The translations under genes and the position numbers were made by a program. A DNA stretch of 64,000 bases from Marsupella aquatica. Taxonomy: Eukaryota > Plantae > Marchantiophyta. The first letter of the stretch is position 1. Each line of letters starts with the position of its first letter. The DNA is taken from the NCBI GenBank assembly GCA_973895155.1, contig OZ316894.1:24240709-24304708 (forward strand), in the 5' to 3' direction. Shown here one piece after another: positions 13,321 through 26,467 of this stretch. The notes beneath the pieces are model-generated. The model was not told where the DNA came from and searched no databases. It saw nothing but the letters and a program-made list of their open reading frames with translations.

Positions 13321-14195
13321 GTAGCGTCATTTCTACATATCTTTCTCCATGAAGCCTTTTATTCCTTTCCCAATGCCCAACAAAACCCTGTGCAAAAACC
13401 CTGCAAAATGTACCAGCTTGGCGTTTTTATTTCTTTCCCAACACAGTGCACATGCCCCGAAAACTGTTGCAAACCACCCCCTATAATGGACCCGCCTTGC
13501 GTTGTTGCATGGTGTCCACCAGCACAATGGTATTGATATGCGGTGGCTTGCAAACTGTACTGTGTTGGGCTCGCTGGTGGTCACATTGGCAGAAGGACTC
13601 TATCCAATCTTTCAAAGTGATTCTCATCACATTGCCGTTTTCAAAACTAGATTACTTCACATCACAAAGCGTTCAGGCTGGTTCTCTCTCCTTTATCAGC
13701 TTACTTTTTGTACAGAGATAACTTCAGATTACACAAGAACGAAGGAGCTCTTACAACAGGTCATCAGATGAAGCATTTCAAACAAGTTCTGTCGAAATCC
13801 TCTTTTCAGTAACAAAATAACTTCAGAATAGAGAGGTATACGAAATGTCAAGACCGTTGTCCAGTAGGATACTTTTACTCACATCAAGTGATAGCTTCAA
13901 AAGTACACCGGGATGAAGACCAAAACACTCTGGGAGCTTGGTTCCCTTCCTATATTAGGATGGCTTCACGTACAGAGGTAAAACTGTCTATACCAGCCAA
14001 GAACTCAAAACTTTTTTCATTTCTCTTTCAACTATGACAAAATCATTTGAAGCCCAAACGACGGACTTACAATAGCGCATACAATCTGTTCAGTTCAATC
14101 CACCTGTACAAAGCGGCTGCAATGATACAGAAGACCATTCGAAGATTGGACTTCCTCTGTAGAAGTATTATTCACACGGGACGGAAGGAGTGCTA

Positions 14196-17100
14196 CTACT
14201 TAGAAAAGCGTGCTCGATCATGAGGAGACGAGAAATCGACGTTAGGACCAGGCGGGATGATGCCGTATTTGTTGATTGAGGGATGACTCGTGTAGTAGTG
14301 AGTCTTGATGTGAGCCATGTTGACGGTGTCAGAAATGCCTGGCATTTGATAAATGTCCTTGGTGTAGTTGAAAAGATTTGGATACTCCCTGATCGCCCTT
14401 TTGTTGCACTTGAAATGTACAACATACACCTGAGATGCAATGCCGTGGACATGTTAACGGTTAAGGCTTTAGAGTCAAGACCATCGTCATAAACAAAATT
14501 CTCTGACCCACGAAGGTGATGTATGAGCTCTAAATATCATTCATTCATAACAAAAATTTGCAGGAATTATGGATGGAAAAGAAATTAAACCTCGTCAAAT
14601 CGAATCAAGGTGACGAAGACACGAACGTCAGCTTCTGTGAACACGTCCCCTGCTATGTACCTCTGTTTTGAGAGAATTTCCTCAGCTTTGTCTAAGGCAT
14701 TGAATAGGTCACTTACCGCCTGTGTTCATGAAGATCTCAGATTAGTGCTCGATAAAGAAATAAAATCTATCTGCAGGCACACTTTTAGGTGACATGTTCA
14801 AACAACGACTGACTTAAACACGAGACAAAAGGTTCTTCAGTCGATGTGTTGTGTCTTGATGAGTCTTCGATAATACAAAAAAAATTGAAGATTTTGTTTT
14901 GGAAAAGAGTGTCTCAAGACTAACGAGAGGGGAATTCTCTGGGTAGACTTCCTTTAAGAAACATTGATCGAGGACTGAGGTACGGAGAACGACCAACCTC
15001 ATCATAGGGTTGCTGTTTGGTCGCAAAACCAGCCCGGTAAACGCCATTGTTGATGTTATTGTAAGTCCAGCTGTTCACTTCGTCTATGCTTTTCTGAAGA
15101 TCAGCAGGGAAGAGATCCACTTCTGGGTGTTTGGCAAACTTGTTGAATTCGCTGTTGAACATCTTTGTGATTTCAGAACTCTCGTTGTTCACAATGGTCT
15201 TCTTTTTCTTGTCCCACAGTACCTGATCATTCATGCACCATCAAAACCTCAATTACCATATGGTGACGTGGAGGTTGGCACAAACTCAAAACACTCCGCG
15301 CGAACTGTGACCAATGCTGTATGGCACTCAAGATTGCGTTTCAAGTTTCACTGGCCAACAGGAACAGGAAATAGGAAGCAACTCCACCAAGCGACGAATG
15401 GCAAAATACGAATTGCACTTAGAGTCTAACTGGCCACGATGGGACAGAGTGCATGCAGCCAATAGACAAGCGGCAACTGAACTGTCTTGGTCTTTTGAGA
15501 TATCATGACTGCCACACCCAACTCTCTCGCATACATAAATCCCACTAAAACACAATCAAGTAATCTTAGGAGAACTCATTGCCAGCCTCTCAACACAGAA
15601 GACTTCGCATAGAAGGACTCAAAAGCCTGTACTGATCGCATGTTCCGTAGACAATCGGTCTCTAAGATCTTGTCCTCTCTACTAGCTCAGCTGGAAACCA
15701 CTTGAAGACAAATTAGAATGACGACTATCCTGTATTTTTTTGATAAGGCCGGGACTTTGGGCCACATTATTGGTCGGTCGAAATCTCTTTGAGAGCGAAG
15801 GGACATACATGAACGCATTCTGGGTCCAAAACAAACATGCGGCATAGTAAATCTGAAGCATTCAAAACCAACAATGAAGTGTTTACGGGTGCATTCGCTG
15901 TACTTGAGCGTGAAGAAGCCGGTCATTGAAGGTAGACTACTTATCGGACATGTCGGAGGCCCACACTCTAAGATCTAATAAAGATAGATAAAAGAGACAT
16001 AGAAAGCGTACCGGTACGGTGTAACGACCAGTGTAGCCAGGATCAACCTGATCGTACAGATCTCGGATATAGTTGGCTCCGTTGAGAGAATCTTTCTGTG
16101 ATCCAGGCTCCGGCTCTCCAACCGACGCAAACGCCCACCCAAAGTGCTGATCAGCAGGATCTTCGTTGGTCTTCTGCCATTTCGGTCTTGTCACCTACAA
16201 TCGTCATAAACACTCCCATTAGAGTCCTTTCTAACCGCTCAACTATTTTTCTTCATATGTAATTATTAGCAAATTAATTCCAGTTGTAGCTCTCCAGTCT
16301 TTTTCCATAAAACGGATGCTGTTGTTCAACTCCTGCCAACTCCAGAAGAGTTCTTACTTCGAGATATCAATTTCCTTTTGTACAGTATTTGATGAACTAA
16401 CTTTAGAGGAGTTTTGACTCCCTAGCTCTTCAATTGAAAATTCTCCATAAATTCAGCGTTGTGAGTGCCTCCTGCTTGCTCATGAAGAGCTCTAAAACCC
16501 GATACTAATGAATACACTGGCTCCTCAAGTTAACTTCCTCGTCAATTCATCAATGGTCCTGGGCTACAGCTACCTACAGGGTTATCGTATGGGACAGAAT
16601 CTCAGCGCCTTTAGCCTAGACGCCCAAATTCTCTCTAATGTAATCTACCTCATGTGCACAATCGTCTCACCGTAAGGCTGATGGCATCCTCCAACCCCTT
16701 GAGCTTCATAAACATGTAGCAACGAGAGGCCCATGGACACGCGTACGATATGTAGAGATGGTATCTACCAGACTCAGGTGGAAATTCGGCACCTGCATCA
16801 GATCCAGTACGGCATTCGTGAGTACAAAGTATCTTTAGCTTTCAGATACTCTCATTACTGAACTGTCTCTCGAGTGATCAGAAATTGACTCTCATTTACT
16901 GGCGATCGTCCACAATACACTCGTCAAACTCGTTCTCTCGCTGATTTTGTAATGCGTAAACCAACTTCTGGCTCTCAGTGAAGAGGGGTCAAAGTTAGCA
17001 AAGGAAGGTATTCGCTTATGAAGCAATCATAGACATCATGTCACATCCTTTCTCACGGCCCAAGAATCAGAAATAGTGGCACCAATAATCTCAAGATGTC

Positions 17101-17736
17101 AGTCACTTCAAAGGCAATGACCACTTTGAAAGAAGGTTAACTGTCCCAATCTTTGGGCCTCGATTGCGGAATTACACTATGAGTAAGGAAGCCCTGTATC
17201 CACAGTTCGACTTCATCGCCAGGATAACCAAGTTATCTACAGGAAAGGGCCTGTGGCTCAGAACAGAGCAATTTGAGAAGCATCTGTATTCATAAATCGT
17301 CATCATAACGAAAGGCAACCAAATTATCGACACCAGAGGGCCTGTGGGCCCGAACAGAGCAGTTGAAGAGGCATGTCGTCACCAAAGACTACAGAATGAA
17401 TGATTGGCGTGCGTTACTTGAGCACGCTCTTCACATTTTGATCAACAAGCTCACTCGGAAAATACCTACTCCAGCTAAAGATTTCATACCAGGTTCTGAG
17501 GAGACGAAATTGCGGTACGAGGAAGGAGGACGCTTGAACTCTCCGTCCTTCGTGTCCTCGAGAGTGGATTTAGCCATGGCCCTGATCAGGGTGAGGCGAC
17601 TGAGTCCGCTCCTTGAAACCAGAGGTGTCCACGAGGCACTGCACGGATTGGGTACAACAACAGGCCGAATAAGCCCGACTCGGAACTCTCCCGCGAAGAA
17701 GAACTGCCCTGCTCTCAAAACAGCTGCCACTACCAT
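14196..17736 (-). CDS. Glutathionyl-hydroquinone reductase (GST omega-like/Xi class, YqjG/ECM4 family), about 379 aa; exons 17736-17490, 16792-16671, 16194-16012, 15222-14998, 14719-14591, 14429-14196
   Basis: Motifs GEFKRPPSSYRN, RYHLYISYACPWASR (catalytic CPWA), [52 protein letters not shown] and HIKTHYYTSHPSIN. GT-AG introns in phase. Confidence 0.95.
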
Positions 17737-18288
17737 AGCCCAACCACCAATTCTTCTTCCCAATTTCCCAAAGCTTCCGTCCTAGGTCCCTGGATGTGAG
17801 CACAGAGCACGAGCCCAGTTGGCAGAAGACCTTTATACAGGAGCAATCCTCTTGCTTGCTCCCCCACGACCACTTCTATCTGTGTCAAACTTCGAGTCTT
17901 TGGCTACTCCATTCTCACAGCAGGTGCCTACCTCACTCGGATCCTGATGCTGCAGAGGTTCTCTTCGTTATGGGCCAAATCCCATCCATGCAGGAATTGG
18001 GTTGAATCAGCAGGAGCAGCAAGCTGCCAGAGGAATTGAAAAAGGAAGATGCGGATGCTGTTTCGTCATCCAGCAGGGGCTGCTGCTGCTGCCGCCGCCT
18101 TCGTCACATCTGGAAGGGAGGAAGTAGAAGCACCACAATCATAGGTGGCTGTCAAATTTGGATTTTACCTAGAGATGGGCCTTCCCTATGATCGCAAAGC
18201 CCCTCTTCATTTGGTTTTTTTGTAATGTTCTAGAAAGGTGGTATGATTTACAAAAAATAAAATTAAGCCCTCCCCCTATTTTGCGTTA

Positions 18289-18703
18289 GGGCTGTCTTGC
18301 ATGTGCACCTACCCTTCATAATGGGGCCCTTTGGAATGCAAGATTGACGGGGAAAAGTTGGAAACACCCCCTAATATGTGTTGTTTGCACTAAGGAGCCG
18401 GTGTCCCTGCTCGGTCATTATGTACTTCCCAGTATAATTTAGTTTATGTAATTCCAGGAGGGAATTGAGGCTGCTGGAAATTCTGAACTGTTTGAAGTGC
18501 AGTTTTTGTTGCCGTATTCAAATATCAAAGGTTAGGTCTCGGGCCGGTGAAGGAATGCAAAATTTGTGTGCCTTGCCCTTCCAAGTCCTCGATTAGTGCC
18601 GTCAGGATTACCTCACTCAGGGGAAAGTCTTGCTCACTCAGGGGCCACCATCGGTTATGTAAAGGGCCATTTTGGGGGGGACCTTCTACATGCAAGACAG
18701 CCC
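18289..18703. mobile_element. Tourist-like (PIF/Harbinger) MITE, 415 bp, about 550 bp upstream of the GHR start codon
   Basis: Perfect 16-bp TIR GGGCTGTCTTGCATGT/ACATGCAAGACAGCCC flanked by a TTA TSD (18286-18288 and 18704-18706). Confidence 0.85.
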
Positions 18704-21004
18704 TTAGTATTCTGAAGAGCATTGACATAAGTGAGCATCTGGGTAGCAACTTGTGAATACCTACCCAGGGCATTTGCAGATGTGAGATTAACTTCTTGAT
18801 ACTAGGACATTATGGGCAAATCATTGAGGACCTGGAAATTGGGATTGGTAGTAAAAAATACTATCATTTCCCCTGAAAACAAGGCCTGGGCTTTGTGTTT
18901 GAATAATGTACCTGGGTGCACTCTATCTAAATTGAAAGCTCTGGCTGGGACTTTTATTTGGGTTCCAGGGAAGGATCAAATAGAGCCTTACGTTTGAGAC
19001 AGGGCAATCAAATAGATCAACAGAGCCTTGTGTTTGAGATGTCACCCTGGAACACGACAGACCAATTCCTTTTCAAACACAAGGCACCAGCTTTCTACTC
19101 CAGAAACATGCAATTTTTTGTCAAGACTGTTAGATATTGCTCTAGTCTTGTGACTCATGAGCTAACTACAATTAGGCTAACTTGGGTTAGGACTTAGCTA
19201 ATGTTAGCGGTAGTGCTATTGTGTATATAGTCAGGGCTGATGCCAGACCCTGGTGGAACTTAGGCTCATTGTTATGGAGCTAGTTGAGAGATAGGGAGAG
19301 CTTGTGCTGTGGATGCTTGGTATGGCCGGTCGGCCTAGAGTGCAGTAAAGCTCTTGTGTGTTCCCGTGGACGTAGCCTCATGTGGAGGTGAACCACGTAT
19401 CTCTCTGTGTCGACTATTGTGCGTTGGATGGTTCATGGGCTAGCTGTTACGAATGTCGTCTATGCTCAACAAGTGGTATCAGAGCATGCCTGGGAGGTGA
19501 CGAGGTTTTTTCGTGATAGGTTTTTCCAGAGTTCATTGTCAATGGTACATTCGAAGTTTTGTCGCATGAAACTTGAATGTGTGTGGCCGTGCGGATAGGT
19601 TAGTGAGAGGGCATTCTAACGGTGGTTAGAACTTGCTAATCGGTATCCGTGGTGCGAAGGAATTGAAGTTTTCGTCGTTCAGGGTTTATTCGTGTTCGAC
19701 GGGTTTTCGAGGGAGAGACCAGAGTTTGCGTTTTTCAACGGTGTGAGCTGTGCGGTGCGAGAGGGATTGCACATTATAGCTCAAGTTGAAGGTTTATGCG
19801 AGCTGGTCGTTTTGGTAGTTGGATTGCTGCCGAGTTGTTACCGAGTGCGTCGTGACGAGTGAAGGAGGCGTTCAGGTTTTTTCACACTGAAGCTATGGAG
19901 CTTGTTCACATCTGAACTGGGTTTCTCTTTGTGACATACGACTCGGTGGAAGAAACGCGAAGTGCTACGGCTCAACGGTTTGATCACGGCGAGGCGGTCG
20001 TTTTGAGCCCGAGATTGGCACTTGATGCGGAGTGAAGGCGACACGATGGAAAGTTTAGTCTCTGCTGGAGCTGCAGACTGTGCCGGTGCAATTTGGCAAC
20101 TTTTCCCGTCGGTGGCGTTCACTTTGCTTGTTTAAAACAGCGGTTGTTAAGGTTTGTAACCGGCCTTTTTTCTTTGAAAACAGCATTTTTTATAGGTTAC
20201 ATTAGGGCCAATTTTTTCGTGTGTATTCTGGGTGTTCATTTTTTTTCAGGGGGACTCCCTGCCATATGCGCCCGCGCCCCGGCCCCTTTTAAACCTGACT
20301 CGTGACAGGGCTGTCACCGGTCGCCCTGCCCTCGCCTCGGTTTTTTCTTCCCCGGAGGTACTCCTCGACACTCAGCATACGCGGCTGCGTATGCAGCCGC
20401 TCGTGTACGCACCCTCGCCTTTGCCCGTCTCCCTCCCTGCAACGTATTGGTACACCCCGGCCAAATACAGGGCATATTTTTGGCTTATAAGGGACTTAAG
20501 GGCCCCCTTTAGGACCTATTTTTAACCTTTTTATGCTTCCTCTTGTTCTTCTTGTGCTGGGACCTGTCGCCCTCCATTTTAACCGCTCCGACAGGGGGAA
20601 CGGCCCCCTGTGAGACCTGTCGGACTGTGCGGGAATATTCCCAAAAAATAGAGAGCTATTTTTTGGCCGTCCGACAAAGATTCTGTCTGCCGAACGGTAA
20701 CTTTTTTGGTTCTTTTTTGGTGAGGATGTTGCCACTGGAGTTAGCAACGCGGCACTCCGATCACATCACGATTCCGACGACGGGTTGTATTGGGTATTTT
20801 GGTTATTCTCCGAGGTGGTCAAAATGGGGGAGTTTCCCAAGGTTTTACCCACCTCGACCAAAATTTGAATAACTTTTCCGTCAAATTTTGATTTTGATTT
20901 CGGCTTTTAGTATTGGACTCCTAGCTTCGTGGGCTACACGGCGGTGTTGAGTTTTGAGTTTTATGAGAAGTTTCGAAAAAAGACGTTTTTTGTGATTGTT
21001 TCAT

Positions 21005-24000
21005 ATGAGTGACTCGGAGGATACTGGAAGAATTGGCGTCGGTGGAGCTTCAGGATCACGACAATCAGACGGAGAGTCTGAGGAGGAGCTGCTACCGTTT
21101 GAGGAGGAACTTGTAACACCGGTACGATCACCGGTGCGGCGTGCAGTGGAGGAAGCTGTACTACTACCAGAGCTGTTGGTAGTGGGGAAGAAGAGGGAGA
21201 TGGCTAGATTTGGAGGAGTGAAGTTTCAGGTAGAGAAGTACGATGGCCGTACTGATTACTTGCTGTGGGAGAAGCAAGTGAAGGCTCGGGGGTTTCACTT
21301 CCACAAAAATGGCATATCACGTGCGACGAAGGATAGGGTCATTTTATTGGTTCTAAGGAAAGACTTAAGAATTTTTGCAGAAGAACAATAGGGTCTTTTA
21401 AATTCAATTTGGAGACTTATAAGAACATTAGAGTCTTTTTAATCCAAATTTTGGAATATTCCAAGAATATTCCAACTTTATAGGGGTTGAAAAATAAATT
21501 TTCTTTTCTTACATTTTAGGGGTTCGAGGCCTAAAAACGTCGCAGGTGATGGGGAGGTCCCCATATAGTGAGAACCCCGAGAGTGAAGGGTGTTCTTCGG
21601 GCCATGGGCTTAGCTCATGTGCTCTCTTCGCGAGAGCAATATGATGGAGAAGAGGAGATCTCAGAAAAGCAGTGGAGACAGGAGCAGGTGATTGCTGTTA
21701 ATGCAATGATGCTTTATCTGAAGCCGCACATCATCAAACAACTGGATGATTATGTGGATTGCGCATCACTGTTCAAGGCTCTAAAAGAGAAGTACTATCG
21801 GAAAGATGCGTCAGATCGGCTGTACAAGAAATCTCTCTTGATGAGCCTCAGGCTCAAGGAAGGGAGCAAGATGCAGGATCACCTGCTTGGATGAATTTGA
21901 CAGTCTAGCGGTGGATCTGTCAAACCTGGGAAAAGGAGTTGAAGATGAGGATAAGGCCTTGCTTCTGCTAAGCTCCTTACCGCCAGCATATCAGAGCTTG
22001 AAACAGGTGCTCTTGTACAGAGATCTGAAGTCCATTTTGTATAATGAGGTGGTGAGCTCTTTACTGTCTGATGATGCTCAGAAGAAGCTGGGTCAATCAC
22101 AGACAGCATCTTCTTCTGGCACTACGCTCAATGTGAACAGGGGAAGAGCAGTGCAGCGCACGAACGGGTAGAACAAGTTTAGATCTACATCACGGGGGAG
22201 ATATAAATCCAGAGGGAAATCGCAAGAGAGAAAGCCTCTTGCATGTTGGAATTGTGGCAAGCCTGGCCACATGAAAAGAGATTGTCGAGTAAAAGTCCCT
22301 ACTGCCTCTGCTAACATAGCATCGAGCTCGCATGAGGTAGATTTACTCAATGATGATGACATATTGTGATGTCAAGGTTATGCTCTCAACGTAGTATCAA
22401 ATCTAGGTAGTGATGACTGGATTCTAGATAGTGCATGTACTTTTCACATTTGCTCTAGGAGAGATTATTTCAGTTCTTACACGGTTTCCAACGGGTCAGT
22501 GTTGATGGGAAATGGAATCCCATGTCAAGTTGTTGGACTTGGATCTATTAGATTTCAGATGTTTGATGGTGTTGTAAGAACGATGAGGAATGTGAGACAT
22601 ATTCCCAGCATGATGAAAAATCTCATTTCACTTGGAGCTTTAGAAGCAAATGACCATCAGTGGAGTTCTGCTAATGGTGTCCTTCAGGTTTCAACTGGTA
22701 CTAAAGTTGTATTGAAGGGAAAGAGACATAGCAATCTATACGTTTTGGAGGGCAGTGTAGTTTGTGATGAAGCCAATGTAACCTTATCTCATGAGGAGAC
22801 GGCCCGGCTGTGGCACTTCTGTTTGGGCCACATGAGTGAAAAAGGTTTGGCTATTCTTCAGAAAAAATGTTTACTTTCTAATTTGCTATCTTGTAAGTTG
22901 GAATTTTATGAGCACTATGTGCTAGGAAGCAGCATAGGAACCCTTCGGAGTTGGAACTCATACCAGCAAGGAGGTACTTGAGTATGTACATAGTGATGTG
23001 TGGGGTCCAGCCCCTACTCCCTCACATTCTGGACGGTTATACTATGTCACATTCATTGACGATTATTCAAGGTATGTGTGGATATACTTTCTACACAATA
23101 AGTTTGATATTTTTGCCACTTTTAAGGAGTGGAAAGCCCAAGTTGAGAATCAGACTGGTAAAAAGGTGAGATATCTTCGATCGGATAACGGCGGTGAATA
23201 CAGTTCCAGGGAATTTGGAACGTATTGTAAGGAGCAGGGGATTACCCGTCATTTCACAACAAGTTATACTCCTCAGCAAAATGGTATTTCTGAGAGACTC
23301 AACCAAACACTATTGGACCGCTCGAGGAGTATGTTGAGTCAATCATGTTTACCACATGAGTTTTGGGCTGAAGCTGTCAACACTGCAGCTTATTTGGTAA
23401 TTTTTTCTCCATCCAGTTCTATTGGATTCAAGACGCCATTTGAAATGAGGTACGGGCGTCCAGCAGATTACTCACATCTGAGGATTTTTGGATGTGATGC
23501 TTATGTGCTTACACCTTCCCAGCTTCGATCCAAGCTGGAGTCCAAGTCGAAGAAGTGCATTTTCCTTGGTTATCAGAAAGGTGTGAAGGATTATAGGTTA
23601 TGGGATCCGGTCCTGTAAGCTAATTGTCAATAGAGATATGTCCTTTAATGAATCCAAATCATCAAAGGAGGGGGAGAGTTCTCAGGACTCCCATACTGAC
23701 AAGGGAAAATCTCCCATCCCGGACCGGGTTGAGGGGGAGATTAGTCATGATGCTGTTCATGACAGGAGAGATGGAGAAGCTCCGGGCTTGGAGCTGGTTC
23801 CTGTGATGGAACAAGAGGAGCAGATTGTTGCTGGGGTACCTCAAATTCAGCCAGCAGTAGCAGCAGATCAGCCTGAGTCATCTACTAGAAGTATGGTCAA
23901 TGGGCAGACTCATCTAAGCTAGATGATATTGATATTGCACCTGATGATGATGACATGGCTTTGATCTTGGAAGGAGGAGAGCCTTCTTCGTACAGTGAGG

Positions 24001-25549
24001 CTTGTACTTCAGAGCAGAAGCATGAGTGGAATGCAGCAATGCAGAGGGAGTTGCAATCTTTGAGTGACAACAAGACATGGGAGCTGGTGGAGCTTCCAAG
24101 AGGTCAGCAAGTGGTGGACAACAAGTGGATTTACGAGTTGAAGGACAGTCCTTCAGAGGGTGGAGATAAGATCTACAAGGCAAGGCTTGTTGCCAAGGGG
24201 TTCACTCAAGATAAATGAGTGGACTACAATGAGGTCTTTTTACCTGTGGCTAAGTATTCCACAATTCGGATCTTGTGTCAGTTTGTTGTGTTTTTTGGTC
24301 TGGTGATGGATCAGATGGATGTTGTTACTGCTTTTCTCTATGGCAACTTGGAAGAGTTGATCTTCATGAGACAGCCAGTAGGCTTTATGAAGAAGGGCCA
24401 AAAGAACTTAGTTTGTAGATTGCTCAAGTCCTTGTATGGATTGAAGCAGTCTCCCAGACAGTGGAACAAGCGGTTTGATGATTTCATGTTTGCTCAAGGT
24501 TTTACAAGGATGGTGTATGATCCTTGTGTGTATACAAAATCAGTCAAGAATGATGTGTTTGGTTTCATCATTCTGGTGATCTATGTGGATGACATGCTGA
24601 TTGTGGCTAAAGATCAATCTGAGGTTGATAGTCTCAAGGCGAAATTGAGTGTTGAATTTAGGATGAAGGATCTTGGTAAGGCCAAGAGGATCTTAGGGAT
24701 GGAGATTTTTAGGAACTCCGATACTGGACAGTTGTGCTTGAGTCAAGGCCAGTATACGAGAAAAGTACTTGCACGATTTAACATGGAGAACTATAAGCCA
24801 GTGAGTATTCCTTTAGCTTCACATTTCAAGTTATCATCGGCTTTCTCTCCTACGGATGCTGTGGAGAAAGGTCTGATGGCTAAGATTCCTTATGAGAAGG
24901 CAGTAGGCAGTCTGATGTATTTGATGACTTGTACTAGGCCTGACTTAGCCTAGTGATGGGCAAGGTTAGCAAATTCATGTCAAATCCAGGGAAGGTACAT
25001 TGGGAAGCTGTGAAGTGGATTCTCAGATATCTGAAGGGAACACAGGACTATGGATTTCTATTTGATAACAGATCAGATAGAACGTTGGTTGGCTATGTAA
25101 ATTCTGACTATGGAGGCTGTCTGGACACAAGGAGGTCTACAACTGGGTTTGTATACACTCTTGGAGGAGGATGTATCAGTTGGAAATCTACCTTGCAGAA
25201 GTGCATATCTTAGTCTACTACAGAAGCAGAGTATGTTGCAACAGCAGAAGCAACAAAGGAAGCAATTTGGTTGGATAAGTTGATCGCGGAGATGGGTTTA
25301 GAGCATGGAAAAATGACTCTAAACTGTGATAGTCAGAGTGCTCTTCACTTGGCTGCTAACCAGGTGATGGATAGCAGGGTGAAGCACATTGATATCAGGT
25401 ATCATTTTATCAGGCAAGCAGTGTCTGATAAAACTTTTGAGCTAGTCAAGATTGATGGAAAGCTCAATCCCGCTGATGCCTTTACCAAAGTGATTCCTTT
25501 GGAGAGTTTCTCAAGACACCGTGCTACTTTGCAGGTTTTGCAGTTGTAG
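21005..25549 (+). pseudogene. Copia-1 gag-pol, disrupted by stops, frameshifts and a MITE insertion
   Basis: KYDGRTDYLLW, CWNCGKPGHMKRDC, WILDSAC, LRSDNGGEY, QMDVVTAFLYG, KSLYGLKQSPRQW, YVDDML and KHIDIRYHFIR are spread over several ORF fragments. Confidence 0.93.
21285..21581 (+). mobile_element. MITE-A copy, 297 bp, inserted in copia-1 gag; 8-bp TSD (hAT-like signature)
   Basis: TIRs CTCGGGGGTTTCACT and AGTGAGAACCCCGAG. Perfect TSD AGTGAAGG at 21277-21284 and 21582-21589. Removal restores WEKQVKGVL, as in copia-2. Confidence 0.95.
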
Positions 25550-26467
25550 TGCAGGTAGAGTTATTTAGCAATGTGTGACTATTTGTATATGAATTACTCA
25601 TTCCTGTTAGGCTACGGCTTAGTTCTAGTTAACCCTTAGTTAACCCTTGTGGTTTTTAGGGGGAGACCTGGTTTGGTGATTGTCTAGAACTTCCCGCTGA
25701 GGATTCCATATGGTAGCATTTAGTCCAGTCCCCAAGACAAGAGTCAAGGGGGAGTTTGTTAGATATTGCTCTAGTCTTGTGACTCATGAGCTAACTACAG
25801 TTAGGCTAACTTGGGTTAGGACTTAGCTAATGTTAGCGGTAGTGCTATTGTGTATATAGCCAGGGCTGATGCCAGACCTTGGTGGAACTTAGGCTCATTG
25901 TTACGGAGCTAGTTGAGAGATAGGGAGAGCTTGTGCTGTGGATGCTTGGTATGGCCGGTCGGCCTAGAGTGTAGTAAAGCTCTTGTGTGTTCCCGTGGAC
26001 GTAGCCTCATGTGGAGGTGAACCACGTATCTTTGTTTCAACTATTGTGCGTTGGATGGTTCATGGGCTTGCTGTTACAAATGTCGTCTATGCTCAACAAG
26101 GACACCTTGTTTTTACCATTTTTAAATACACAGCTGAGGCCTTGCTGTTAGAGCATTCAAATACAATCCAAGTATCAAGTGACAGCCATGATTGCACAAT
26201 TCTTGGGAATCTCTTGGAGGCCTACTCAAGTTAATTAGCTCATAAACTGATTACACAAAATGCTGATACCTCTTAAAGTTTTTAAAATTGAAAGAACTCC
26301 CCCTCATTTTCTCAAAATTAGTTTTGGACCCATGGTTTTGGTGTCACGGATGATTTCTGGACATGGGTTTTTGGAGTAACTTTAGCCCCTTTTCTCCACT
26401 TCAACCCAATAGATGTCCATGTGTGAATAGACAGTAATATATGGAATATATGGAACCCCTTCTTTTC

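Larger units (their letters stand above)
19128..26098 (+). mobile_element. Ty1/copia LTR retrotransposon 1, decayed
   Basis: LTRs 19128-19471 and 25757-26098 (TG...CA, roughly ten differences). TSD AAGAC/AGGAC. tRNA-iMet PBS TGGTATCAGAGC 19474-19485. PPT AAGGGGGAG. Domain order gag-PR-IN-RT-RH. Confidence 0.97.
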
